64,000 bases of DNA from Eledone cirrhosa (taxonomy: Eukaryota), in contig OZ024747.1 in NCBI GenBank assembly GCA_964016885.1, positions 74,214,001 through 74,278,000 on the forward strand, given 5' to 3'. The notes below the pieces were generated by a model. It was not told where the DNA came from and ran no database searches. It saw only the letters and a list, made by a program, of their open reading frames with translations. Positions 24,701 through 39,700 of the stretch are shown here, one piece after another. The translations under genes and the position numbers were made by a program. Within the stretch, counting starts at the first letter, position 1. The number at the start of each line of letters is the position of its first letter.

Positions 24701-27700
24701 TAACCAGCAATACAACAGGCCACAACAGGACAGCCAGTAACCAGCAATACAACGGGCCACAACAGGACAGCCAGTAACCAGCAATACAACAGGCCACAAC
24801 AGGACAGCCAGTAACCAGCAATACAACGGGCCACAACAGGACAGCCAGTAACCAGCAATACAACGGGCCACAACAGGACAGCCAGTAACCAGCATTACAA
24901 CAGGCCACAACAGGACAGCCAGTAACCAGCAATACAACGGGCCACAACAGGACAGCCAGTAACCAGCAATACAACAGGCCACAACAGGACAGCCAGTAAC
25001 CAGCAATACAACGGGCCACAATAGGACAGCCAGTAACCAGCAATACAACGGGCCACAACAGGACAGCCAGTAACCAGCAATACAACAGGCCACAACAGGA
25101 CAGCCAGTAACCACTAATACAACGGGCCACAATAGGACAGCCAGTAACCAGCAATACAACGGGCCACAACAGGACAGCCAGTAACCAGCAATACAACAGG
25201 CCACAACAGGACAGCCAGTAACCACTAATACAACGGGCCACAATAGGACAGCCAGTAACCAGCAATACAACGGGCCACAACAGGACAGCCAGTAACCAGC
25301 AATACAACAGGCCACAACAGGACAGCCAGTAACCAGCAATACAACAGGCCACAACAGGACAGCCAGTAACCAGCAATACAACAGGCCACAACAGGACAGC
25401 CAGTAACCACTAATACAACAGGCCACAACAGGACAGCCAATAACCAGCATTACAACAGGCCACAACAGGACAGCCAGTAACCACTAATACAACAGGCCAC
25501 AACAGGACAGCCAATAACCAGCATTACAACGGGCCACAACAGGACAGCCAGTAACCAGCAATACAACAGGCCACAACAGGAGAGCCAGTAACCAGCAATA
25601 CAACAGGCCACAACAGGACAGCCAGTAACCACTAATACAACAGGCCACAACAGGACAGCCAGTAACCAGCAATACAACAGGCCACAACAGGACAGCCAGT
25701 AACCAGCAATACAACAGGCCACAACAGGAGAGCCAGTAACCAGCAATACAACAGGCCAGAACAGGACAGCCAGTAACCAGCAATACAACAGGCCACAACA
25801 GGACAGCCAGTAACCAGCAATACAACAGGCCACAACAGGACAGCCAGTAACCAGCAATACAACAGGCCACAACAGGACAGCCAGTAACCAGCAATACAAC
25901 AGGCAACAACAAGAGAGCCAGTAACCAGCAATACAACAGGCCACAACAGGACAGCCAGTAACCAGCAATACAACAGGCCACAACAGGACAGCCAGTAACC
26001 AGCAATACAACAGGCCACAACAGGACAGCCAGTAACCACTAATACAACAGGCCACAACAGGACAGCCAATAACCAGCATTACAACAGGCCACAACAGGAC
26101 AGCCAGTAACCAGCAATACAACAGGCCACAACAGGACAGCCAGTAACCAGCAATACAACAGGCCACAACAGGACAGCCAGTAACCAGCAATACAACAGGC
26201 CACAACAAGAGAGCCAGTAACCAGCAATACAACAGGCCACAACAGGACAGCCAGTAACCAGCAATACAACAGGCCACAACAGGACAGCCAGTAACCACTA
26301 ATACAACGGGCCACAATAGGACAGCCAGTAACCAGCAATACAACAGGCCACAACAGGACAGCCAGTAACCAGCAATACAACAGGCCACAACAGGACAGCC
26401 AGTAACCAGCAATACAACAGGCCACAACAGGACAGCCAGTAACCAGCAATACAACAGGCCACAACAGGACAGCCAGTAACCAGCAATACAACAGGCCACA
26501 ACAGGACAGCCAGTAACCAGCAATACAAACAGGCCACAACAGGACAGCCAGTAACCAGCAATACAACAGGCCACAACAGGACAGCCAGTAACCAGCAATA
26601 CAACAGGCCACAACAGGACAGCCAGTAACCAGCAATACAACAGGCCACAACAGGACAGCCAGTAACCAGCAATACAACAGGCCACAACAGGACAGCCAGT
26701 AACCAGCAATACAACAGGCCACAACAGGACAGCCAGTAACCAGCAATACAACAGGCCACAACAGGACAGCCAGTAACCACTAATACAACAGGCCACAACA
26801 GGACAGCCAGTAACCAGCAATACAACAGGCCACAACAGGACAGCCAGTAACCAGCAATACAACAGGCCACAACAGGACAGCCAGTAACCAGCAATACAAC
26901 AGGCCACAACAGGACAGCCAGTAACCAGCAATACAACAGGCCACAACAGGACAGCCAGTAACCAGCAATACAACAGGCCACAACAGGACAGCCAGTAACC
27001 AGCAATACAACAGGCCACAACAGGACAGCCAGTAACCAGCAATACAACAGGCCACAACAGGACAGCCAGTAACCAGCAATACAACAGGCCACAACAGGAC
27101 AGCCAGTAACCAGCAATACAACAGGCCACAACAGGACAGCCAGTAACCAGCAATACAACAGGCCACAACAGGACAGCCAGTAACCAGCAATACAACAGGC
27201 CACAACAGGACAGCCAGTAACCAGCAATACAACAGGCCACAACAGGGACAGCCAGTAACCAGCAATACAACAGGCCACAACAGGACAGCCAGTAACCAGC
27301 AATACAACAGGCCACAACAGGACAGCCAGTAACCAGCAATACAACAGGCCACAACAGGACAGCCAGTAACCAGCAATACAACAGGCCACAACAGGACAGC
27401 CAGTAACCAGCAATACAACAGGCCACAACAGGACAGCCAGTAACCAGCAATACAACAGGCCACAACAGGACAGCCAGTAACCAGCAATACAACAGGCCAC
27501 AACAGGACAGCCAGTAACCAGCAATACAACAGGCCACAACAGGACAGCCAGTAACCAGCAATACAACAGGCCACAACAGGACAGCCAGTAACCAGCAATA
27601 CAACAGGCCACAACAGGACAGCCAGTAACCAGCAATACAACAGGCCACAACAGGACAGCCAGTAACCAGCAATACAACAGGCCACAACAGGACAGCCAGT

Positions 27701-30700
27701 AACCAGCAATACAACAGGCCACAACAGGACAGCCAGTAACCAGCAATACAACAGGCCACAACAGGACAGCCAGTAACCAGCAATACAACAGGCACAACAG
27801 GACAGCCAGTAACCAGCAATACAACAGGCCACAACAGGACAGCCAGTAACCAGCAATACAACAGGCCACAACAGGACAGCCAGTAACCAGCAATACAACA
27901 GGCCACAACAGGACAGCCAGTAACCAGCAATACAACAGGCCACAACAGGACAGCCAGTAACCAGCAATACAACAGGCCACAACAGGACAGCCAGTAACCA
28001 GCAATACAACAGGTCACAACAGGACAGCCAGTAACCAGCAATACAACAGGTCACAACAGGACAGCCAGTAACCAGCAATACAACAGGCCACAACAGGACA
28101 GCCAGTAACCAGCAATACAACAGGCCACAACAGGACAGCCAGTAACCAGCAATACAACAGGCACAACAGGACAGCCAGTAACCAGCAATACAACAGGCCA
28201 CAACAGGACAGCCAGTAACCAGCAATACAACAGGCCACAACAGGACAGCCAGTAACCAGCAATACAACAGGCCACAACAGGACAGCCAGTAACCAGCAAT
28301 ACAACAGGCCACAACAGGACAGCCAGTAACCAGCAATACAACAGGCCACAACAGGACAGCAGTAACCAGCAATACAACAGGCCACAACAGGACAGCCAGT
28401 AACCAGCAATACAACAGGCCACAACAGGACAGCCAGTAACCAGCAATACAACAGGCCACAACAGGACAGCCAGTAACCAGCAATACAACAGGTCCACAAC
28501 AGGACAGCCAGTAACCAGCAATACAACAGGCCACAACAGGACAGCCAGTAACCAGCAATACAACAGGTCACAACAGGACAGCCAGTAACCAGCAATACAA
28601 CAGGCCACAACAGGACAGCCAGTAACCAGCAATACAACAGGCCACAACAGGACAGCCAGTAACCAGCAATACAACAGGCCACAACAGGACAGCCAGTAAC
28701 CAGCAATACAACAGGTCCACAACAGGACAGCCAGTAACCAGCAATACAACAGGTCCACAACAGGACAGCCAGTAACCAGCAATACAACAGGCCACAACAG
28801 GACAGCCAGTAACCAGCAATACAACAGGCCACAACAGGACAGCCAGTAACCAGCAATACAACAGGCCACAACAGGACAGCCAGTAACCAGCAATACAACA
28901 GGCCACAACAGGACAGCCAGTAACCAGCAATACAACAGGCCACAACAGGACAGCCAGTAACCAGCAATACAACAGGCCACAACAGGACAGCCAGTAACCA
29001 GCAATACAACAGGCCACAACAGGACAGCCAGTAACCAGCAATACAACAGGCCACAACAGGACAGCCAGTAACCAGCAATACAACAGGCCACAACAGGACA
29101 GCCAGTAACCCAGCAAATACAACAGGCCACAACAGGACAGCCAGTAACCAGCAATACAACAGGCCACAACAGGACAGCCAGTAACCAGCAATACAACAGG
29201 CCACAACAGGACAGCCAGTAACCAGCAATACAACAGGCCACAACAGGACAGCCAGTAACCAGCAATACAACAGGCCACAACAGGACAGCCAGTAACCAGC
29301 AATACAACAGGCCACAACAGGACAGCCAGTAACCAGCAATACAACAGGCCACAACAGGACAGCCAGTAACCAGCAATACAACAGGCCACAACAGGACAGC
29401 CAGTAACCAGCAATACAACAGGCCACAACAGGACAGCCAGTAACCAGCAATACAACAGGCCACAACAGGACAGCCAGTAACCAGCAATACAACAGGCCAC
29501 AACAGGACAGCCAGTAACCAGCAATACAACAGGCCACAAGCAGGACAGCCAGTAACCAGCAATACAACAGGCCACAACAGGACAGCCAGTAACCACTAAT
29601 ACAACAGGCCACAACAGGACAGCCAGTAACCAGCTAATACAACAGGCCAAAACAGGACAGCCAGTAACCAGCAATACAACAGGCCACAGCAGGACAGCCA
29701 GTAACCAGCAATACAACAGGCCACAACAGGACAGCCAGTAACCAGCTAATACAACAGGCCACAACAGGACAGCCAGTAACCACAATACAAACACGGCCAC
29801 AACGCAGAGACAGCCAGTAACACAGCAATACAACAGGCCCACAGCAGGACAGCCCAGTAAACCAGCAATACAACAGGCCACAACAGGACAGCCTAGTAAC
29901 CACTATACAACAGGCCACAACAGGGACAGCCAGTAACCAGCAATACAACAGGCACATAACAGGACAGCCCAGTAACCACGCAATACAACAGGCCACAGCA
30001 GGACAGCCCAGTAACCAGCAATACAACAGGCCACAACAGGACAGCCAGCTACACCACTAACTACAACAGGCCCACAACAGGACAGCAGTAACCAGCAATA
30101 CAANNNNNNNNNNNNNNNNNNNNNNNNNNNNNNNNNNNNNNNNNNNNNNNNNNNNNNNNNNNNNNNNNNNNNNNNNNNNNNNNNNNNNNNNNNNNNNNNN
30201 NNNNNNNNNNNNNNNNNNNNNNNNNNNNNNNNNNNNNNNNNNNNNNNNNNNNNNNNNNNNNNNNNNNNNNNNNNNNNNNNNNNNNNNNNNNNNNNNNNNN
30301 NNNAATACAACGGGCCACAATAGGACAGCCAGTAACCAGCAATACAACAGGCCACAACAGGACAGCCAGTAACCAGCAATACAACAGGCCACAACAGGAC
30401 AGCCAGTAACCACTAATACAACAGGCCACAACAGGACAGCCAGTAACCAGCAATACAACAGGCCACAACAGGACAGCCAGTAACCACTAATACAACAGGC
30501 CACAACAGGACAGCCAGTAACCAGCAATACAACAGGCCACAACAGGACAGCCAGTAACCAGCAATACAACAGGCCACAACAGGACAGCCAGTAACCACTA
30601 ATACAACAGGCCACAACAGGACAGCCAGTAACCAGCATACAACAGGCCACAACAGGACAGCCAGTAACCAGCAATACAACAGGCCACAACAGGACAGCCA

Positions 30701-33700
30701 GTAACCAGCAATACAACAGGCCACAACAGGACAGCCAGTAACCACTAATACAACAGGCCACAACAGGACAGCCAGTAACCAGCAATACAACAGGCCACAA
30801 CAGGACAGCCAGTAACCAGCAATACAACAGGCCACAACAGGACAGCCAGTAACCAGCAATACAACAGGCCACAACAGGACAGCCAGTAACCAGCAATACA
30901 ACAGGCCACAACAGGACAGCCAGTAACCACTAATACAACAGGCCACAACAGGACAGCCAGTAACCAGCAATACAACAGGCCACAACAGGACAGCCAGTAA
31001 CCAGCAATACAACAGGCCACAACAGGACAGCCAGTAACCAGCAATACAACAGGCCACAACAGGACAGCCAGTAACCAGCAATACAACAGGCCACAACAGG
31101 ACAGCCAGTAACCAGCAATACAACAGGCCACAACAGGACAGCCAGTAACCAGCAATACAACAGGCCACAACAGGACAGCCAGTAACCAGCAATACAACAG
31201 GCCACAACAGGACAGCCAGTAACCAGCAATACAACAGGCCACAACAGGACAGCCAGTAACCAGCAATACAACAGGCCACAACAGGACAGCCAGTAACCAG
31301 CAATACAACAGGCCACAACAGGACAGCCAGTAACCACTAATACAACAGGCCACAACAGGACAGCCAGTAACCAGCAATACAACAGGCCACAACAGGACAG
31401 CCAGTAACCAGCAATACAACAGGCCACAACAGGACAGCCAGTAACCAGCAATACAACAGGCCACAACAGGACAGCCAGTAACCAGCAATACAACAGGCCA
31501 CAACAGGACAGCCAGTAACCAGCAATACAACAGGCCACAACAGGACAGCCAGTAACCAGCAATACAACAGGCCACAACAGGACAGCCAGTAACCAGCAAT
31601 ACAACAGGCCACAACAGGACAGCCAGTAACCAGCAATACAACAGGCCACAACAGGACAGCCAGTAACCAGCAATACAACAGGCCACAACAGGACAGCCAG
31701 TAACCAGCAATACAACAGGCCACAACAGGACAGCCAGTAACCAGCAATACAACAGGCCACAACAGGACAGCCAGTAACCAGCAATACAACAGGCCACAAC
31801 AGGACAGCCAGTAACCAGCAATACAACAGGCCACAACAGGACAGCCAGTAACCAGCAATACAACAGGCCACAACAGGACAGCCAGTAACCAGCAATACAA
31901 CAGGCCACAACAGGACAGCCAGTAACCAGCAATACAACAGGCCACAACAGGACAGCCAGTAACCAGCAATACAACAGGCCACAACAGGACAGCCAGTAAC
32001 CAGCAATACAACAGGCCACAACAGGACAGCCAGTAACCAGCAATACAACAGGCCACAACAGGACAGCCAGTAACCAGCTAATACAACAGGCCACAACAGG
32101 ACAGCCAGTAACCAGCAATACAACAGGCCACAACAGGACAGCCAGTAACCAGCAATACAACAGGCCACAACAGGACAGCCAGTAACCAGCAATACAACAG
32201 GCCACAACAGGACAGCCAGTAACCAGCAATACAACAGGCCACAACAGGACAGCCAGTAACCAGCAATACAACAGGCCACAACAGGACAGCCAGTAACCAG
32301 CAATACAACAGGCCACAACAGGACAGCCAGTAACCAGCAATACAACAGGCCACAACAGGACAGCCAGTAACCAGCAATACAACAGGCCACAACAGGACAG
32401 CCAGTAACCAGCAATACAACAGGCCACAACAGGACAGCCAGTAACCAGCAATACAACAGGCCACAACAGGACAGCCAGTAACCAGCAATACAACAGGCCA
32501 CAACAGGACAGCCAGTAACCAGCAATACAACAGGCCACAACAGGACAGCCAGTAACCAGCAATACAACAGGCCACAACAGGACAGCCAGTAACCAGCAAT
32601 ACAACAGGCCACAACAGGACAGCCAGTAACCAGCAATACAACAGGCCACAACAGGACAGCCAGTAACCAGCAATACAACAGGCCACAACAGGACAGCCAG
32701 TAACCAGCAATACAACAGGCCACAACAGGACAGCCAGTAACCAGCAATACAACAGGCCACAACAGGACAGCCAGTAACCAGCAATACAACAGGCCACAAC
32801 AGGACAGCCAGTAACCAGCAATACAACAGGCCACAACAGGACAGCCAGTAACCAGCAATACAACAGGCCACAACAGGACAGCCAGTAACCAGCAATACAA
32901 CAGGCCACAACAGGACAGCCAGTAACCAGCAATACAACAGGCCACAACAGGACAGCCAGTAACCAGCAATACAACAGGCCACAACAGGACAGCCAGTAAC
33001 CAGCAATACAACAGGCCACAACAGGACAGCCAGTAACCAGCAATACAACAGGCCACAACAGGACAGCCAGTAACCAGCAATACAACAGGCCACAACAGGA
33101 CAGCCAGTAACCAGCAATACAACAGGCCACAACAGGACAGCCAGTAACCAGCAATACAACAGGCCACAACAGGACAGCCAGTAACCAGCAATACAACAGG
33201 CCACAACAGGACAGCCAGTAACCAGCAATACAACAGGCCACAAACAGGACAGCCAGTAACCAGCAATACAACAGGCCACAACAGGACAGCCAGTAACCAG
33301 CAATACAACAGGCCACAACAGGACAGCCAGTAACCAGCAATACAACAGGCCACAACAGGACAGCCAGTAACCAGCAATACAACAGGCCACAACAGGACAG
33401 CCAGTAACCAGCAATACAACAGGCCACAACAGGACAGCCAGTAACCAGCAATACAACAGGCCACAACAGGACAGCCAGTAACCAGCAATACAACAGGCCA
33501 CAACAGGACAGCCAGTAACCACTAATACAACAGGCCACAACAGGACAGCCAGTAACCAGCAATACAACAGGCCACAACAGGACAGCCAGTAACCAGCAAT
33601 ACAACAGGCCACAACAGGACAGCCAGTAAACAGCAACACAGCAGGTCACAACAGGACAGCCAGTAACCAGCAATACAACAGGCCACAACAGGACAGCCAG

Positions 33701-36700
33701 TAACCAGCAATACAACAGGCCACATCAGGACAGCCAGTAACCAGCAATACAACAGGCCACAACAGGACAGCCAGTAACCAGCAATACAACAGGCCACAAC
33801 AGGACAGCCAGTAACCAGCAATACAACAGGCCACATCAGGACAGCCAGTAAACAGCAACACAGCAGGTCACAACAGGACAGCCAGTAACCAGCAATACAA
33901 CAGGCCACAACAGGACAGCCAGTAACCAGCAATACAACAGGCCACAACAGGACAGCCAGTAACCAGCAATACAACAGGCCACAACAGGACAGCCAGTAAC
34001 CAGCAATACAACAGGCCACAACAGGACAGCCAGTAACCAGCAATACAACAGGCCACAACAGGACAGCCAGTAACCAGCAATACAACAGGCCACAACAGGA
34101 CAGCCAGTAACCAGCAATACAACAGGCCACAACAGGACAGCCAGTAACCACTAATACAACAGGCCACAACAGGACAGCCAGTAACCAGCAATACAACAGG
34201 CCACAACAGGACAGCCAGTAACCAGCAATACAACAGGGCCACAACAGGACAGCCAGTAACCAGCAATACAACAGGGCCACAACAGGACAGCCAGTAACCA
34301 GCAATACAACAGGCCACAACAGGACAGCCAGTAACCACAATACAACAGGCCACAACAGGACAGCCAGTAACCAGCAATACAACAGGCCACAACAGGACAG
34401 CCAGTAACCAGCAATACAACAGGCCACAACAGGACAGCCAGTAACCAGCAATACAACAGGCCACAACAGGACAGCCAGTAACCACTAATACAACGGGCCA
34501 CAACAGGACAGCCAGTAACCAGCAATACAACAGGCCACAACAGGACAGCCAGTAACCAGCAATACAACAGGCCACAACAGGACAGCCAGTAACCACTAAT
34601 ACAACAGGCCACAACAGGACAGCCAGTAACCAGCTAATACAACAGGCCACAACAGGACAGCCAGTAACCAGCAATACAACAGGCCACAACAGGACAGCCA
34701 GTAACCACTAATACAACAGGCCACAACAGGACAGCCAGAAACCAGCAATACAACAGGCCACAACAGGACAGCCAGTAACCAGCAATACAACAGGCCACAA
34801 CAGGACAGCCAGTAACCAGCAATACAACAGGCCACAACAGGACAGCCAGTAACCAGCAATACAACAGGGCCACAACAGGACAGCCAGTAACCAGCAATAC
34901 AACAGGCCACAACAGGACAGCCAGTAACCAGCAATACAACAGGCCACAACAGGACAGCCAGTAACCAGCAATACAACAGGCCACAACAGGACAGCCAGTA
35001 ACCAGCAATACAACAGGCCACAACAGGACAGCCAGTAACCACTAATACAACAGGCCACAACAGGACAGCCAGTAACCAGCAATACAACAGGCCACAACAG
35101 GACAGCCAGTAACCAGCAATACAACAGGCCACAACAGGACAGCCAGTAACCAGCAATACAACAGGCCACAACAGGACAGCCAGTAACCAGCAATACAACA
35201 GGCCACAACAGGACAGCCAGTAACCAGCAATACAACAGGCCACAACAGGACAGCCAGTAACCAGCAATACAACAGGGCCACAACAGGACAGCCAGTAACC
35301 AGCAATACAACAGGCCACAACAGGACAGCCAGTAACCACTAATACAACAGGCCACAACAGGACAGCCAGTAACCAGCAATACAACAGGCCACAACAGGAC
35401 AGCCAGTAACCAGCAATACAACAGGCCACAACAGGACAGCCAGTAACCAGCAATACAACAGGCCACAACAGGACAGCCAGTAACCAGCAATACAACAGGC
35501 CACAACAGGACAGCCAGTAACCAGCAATACAACAGGCCACAACAGGACAGCCAGTAACCAGCAATACAACAGGCCACAACAGGACAGCCAGTAACCACTA
35601 ATACAACAGGCCACAACAGGACAGCCAGTAACCACTAATACAACAGGCCACAACAGGACAGCCAGTAACCAGCAATACAACAGGCCACAACAGGACAGCC
35701 AGTAACCACTAATACAACAGGCCACAACAGGACAGCCAGTAACCAGCAATACAACAGGCCACAACAGGACAGCCAGTAACCAGCAATACAACAGGCCACA
35801 ACAGGACAGCCAGTAACCAGCAATACAACAGGCCACAACAGGACAGCCAGTAACCACTAATACAACAGGCCACAACAGGACAGCCAGTAACCAGCAATAC
35901 AACAGGCCACAACAGGACAGCCAGTAACAACTAATACAACGGGCCACAACAGGACAGCCAGTAACCAGCAATACAACAGGCCACAACAGGACAGCCAGTA
36001 ACCAGCAATACAACAGGCCACAACAGGAGAGCCAGTAACCACTAATACAACGGGCCACAACAGGACAGCCAGTAACCAGCAATACAACAGGCCACAACAG
36101 GACAGCCAGTAACCACTAATACAACAGGCCACAACAGGAGAGCCAGTAACCACTAATACAACAGGCCACAACAGGACAGCCAGTAACCAGCAATACAACA
36201 GGCCACAACAGGACAGCCAGTAACCAGCAATACAACAGGCCACAACAGGACAGCCAGTAACCAGCAATACAACAGGCCACAACAGGAGAGCCAGTAACCA
36301 CTAATACAACGGGCCACAACAGGACAGCCAGTAACCAGCAATACAACAGGCCACAACAGGACAGCCAGTAACCAGCAATACAACAGGCCACAACAGGACA
36401 GCCAGTAACCACTAATACAACGGGCCACAACAGGACAGCCAGTAACCAGCAATACAACAGGCCACAACAGGACAGCCAGTAACCACTAATACAACGGGCC
36501 ACAACAGGACAGCCAGTAACCAGCAATACAACAGGCCACAACAGGACGGCCAGTAACCACTAATACAACAGGCCACAACAGGACGAGCCAGTAACCACTA
36601 ATACAACAGGCCACAACAGGACAGCCAGTAACCAGCAATACAACAGGCCACAACAGGACAGCCAGTAACCAGCAATACAACAGGCCACAACAGGACAGCC

Positions 36701-39700
36701 AGTAACCAGCAATACAACAGGCCACAACAGGAGAGCCAGTAACCACTAATACAACGGGCCACAACAGGACAGCCAGTAACCAGCAATACAACAGGCCACA
36801 ACAGGACAGCCAGTAACCAGCAATACAACAGGCCACAACAGGACAGCCAGTAACCAGCAATACAACAGGCCACAACAGGACAGCCAGTAACCACTAATAC
36901 AACGGGCCACAACAGGACAGCCAGTAACCAGCAATACAACAGGCCACAACAGGACAGCCAGTAACCAGCAATACAACAGGCCACAACAGGACAGCCAGTA
37001 ACCAGCAATACAACAGGCCACAACAGGACAGCCAGTAACCACTAATACAACAGGCCACAACAGGACAGCCAGTAACCAGCAATACAACAGGCCACAACAG
37101 GACAGCCAGTAACCAGCAATACAACAGGCCACAACAGGAGAGCCAGTAACCACTAATACAACAGGCCACAACAGGACAGCCAGTAACCAGCAATACAACA
37201 GGCCACAACAGGACAGCCAGTAACCAGCAATACAACAGGCCACAACAGGACAGCCAGTAACCAGCAATACAACAGGCCACAACAGGACAGCCAGTAACCA
37301 GCAATACAACAGGCCACAACAGGACAGCCAGTAACCAGCAATACAACAGGCCACAACAGGACAGCCAGTAACCAGCAATACAACAGGCCACAACAGGACA
37401 GCCAGTAACCAGCAATACAACAGGCCACAACAGGACAGCCAGTAACCAGCAATACAACAGGCCACAACAGGACAGCCAGTAACCAGCAATACAACAGGCC
37501 ACAACAGGAGCAGCCAGTAACCAGCTAATACAACAGGCCACAACAGGAGAGCCAGTAACCAGCAATACAACAGGCCACAACAGGACAGCCAGTAACCAGC
37601 AATACAACAGGCCACAACAGGACAGCCAGTAACCAGCAATACAACAGGCCACAATAGGACAGCCAGTAAGCAGCAATACAACAGGCCACAACAGGACAGC
37701 CAGTAACCAGCAATACAACAGGCCACAACAGGACAGCCAGTAACCAGCAATACAACAGGCCACAACAGGACAGCCAGTAAGCAGCAATACAACAGGCCAC
37801 AACAGGACAGCCAGTAACCAGCAATACAACAGGCCACAATAGGACAGCCAGTAAGCAGCAATACAACAGGCCACAACAGGACAGCCAGTAACCAGCAATA
37901 CAACAGGCCACAACAGGACAGCCAGTAACCAGCAATACAACAGGCCACAACAGGACAGCCAGTAACCAGCAATACAACAGGCCACAACAGGACAGCCAGT
38001 AACCAGCAATACAACAGGCCACAACAGGACAGCCAGTAACCAGCAATACAACAGGCCACAATAGGACAGCCAGTAAGCAGCAATACAACAGGCCACAACA
38101 GGACAGCCAGTAACCAGCAATACAACAGGCCACAACAGGACAGCCAGTAACCAGCAATACAACAGGCCACAACAGGACAGCCAGTAACCAGCAATACAAC
38201 AGGCCACAACAGGACAGCCAGTAACCAGCAATACAACAGGCCACAACAGGACAGCCAGTAACCAGCAATACAACAGGCCACAACAGGACAGCCAGTAACC
38301 AGCAATACAACAGGCCACAATAGGACAGCCAGTAAGCAGCAATACAACAGGCCACAACAGGACAGCCAGTAAGCAGCAATACAACAGGCCACAACAGGAC
38401 AGCCAGTAACCAGCAATACAACAGGCCACAACAGGACAGCCAGTAACCAGCAATACAACAGGCCACAACAGGACAGCCAGTAACCAGCAATACAACAGGC
38501 CACAACAGGACAGCCAGTAACCAGCAATACAACAGGCCACAATAGGACAGCCAGTAAGCAGCAATACAACAGGCCACAACAGGACAGCCAGTAACCAGCA
38601 ATACAACAGGCCACAACAGGACAGCCAGTAACCAGCAATACAACAGGCCACAACAGGACAGCCAGTAACCAGCAATACAACAGGCCACAACAGGACAGCC
38701 AGTAACCAGCAATACAACAGGCCACAACAGGACAGCCAGTAACCAGCAATACAACAGGCCACAACAGGACAGCCAGTAACCAGCAATACAACAGGCCACA
38801 ACAGGACAGCCAGTAACCAGCAATACAACAGGCCACAACAGGACAGCCAGTAACCAGCAATACAACAGGCCACAACAGGACAGCCAGTAACCAGCAATAC
38901 AACAGGCCACAACAGGACAGCCAGTAACCAGCAATACAACAGGCCACAACAGGACAGCCAGTAACCACTAATACAACAGGCCACAACAGGACAGCCAGTA
39001 ACCACTAATACAACAGGCCACAACAGGACAGCCAGTAACCAGCAATACAACAGGCCACAACAGGACAGCCAGTAACCACTAATACAACAGGCCACAACAG
39101 GACAGCCAGTAACCACTAATACAACAGGCCACAACAGGACAGCCAGTAACCAGCAATACAACAGGCCACAACAGGACAGCCAGTAACCAGCAATACAACA
39201 GGCCACAATAGGACAGCCAGTAACCAGCAATACAACAGGCCACAACAGGACAGCCAGTAACCAGCAATACAACAGGCCACAACAGGACAGCCAGTAACCA
39301 GCAATACAACAGGCCACAACAGGACAGCCAGTAACCACTAATACAACAGGCCACAACAGGACAGCCAGTAACCAGCAATACAACAGGCCACAATAGGACA
39401 GCCAGTAACCAGCAATACAACAGGCCACAACAGGACAGCCAGTAACCAGCAATACAACAGGCCACAACAGGACAGCCAGTAACCAGCAATACAACAGGCC
39501 ACAACAGGACAGCCAGTAACCAGCAATACAACAGGCCACAACAGGACAGCCAGTAACCAGCAATACAACAGGCCACAACAGGACAGCCAGTAACCAGCAA
39601 TACAACAGGCCACAACAGGACAGCCAGTAACCAGCAATACAACAGGCCACAACAGGACAGCCAGTAACCACTAATACAACAGGCCACAACAGGACAGCCA

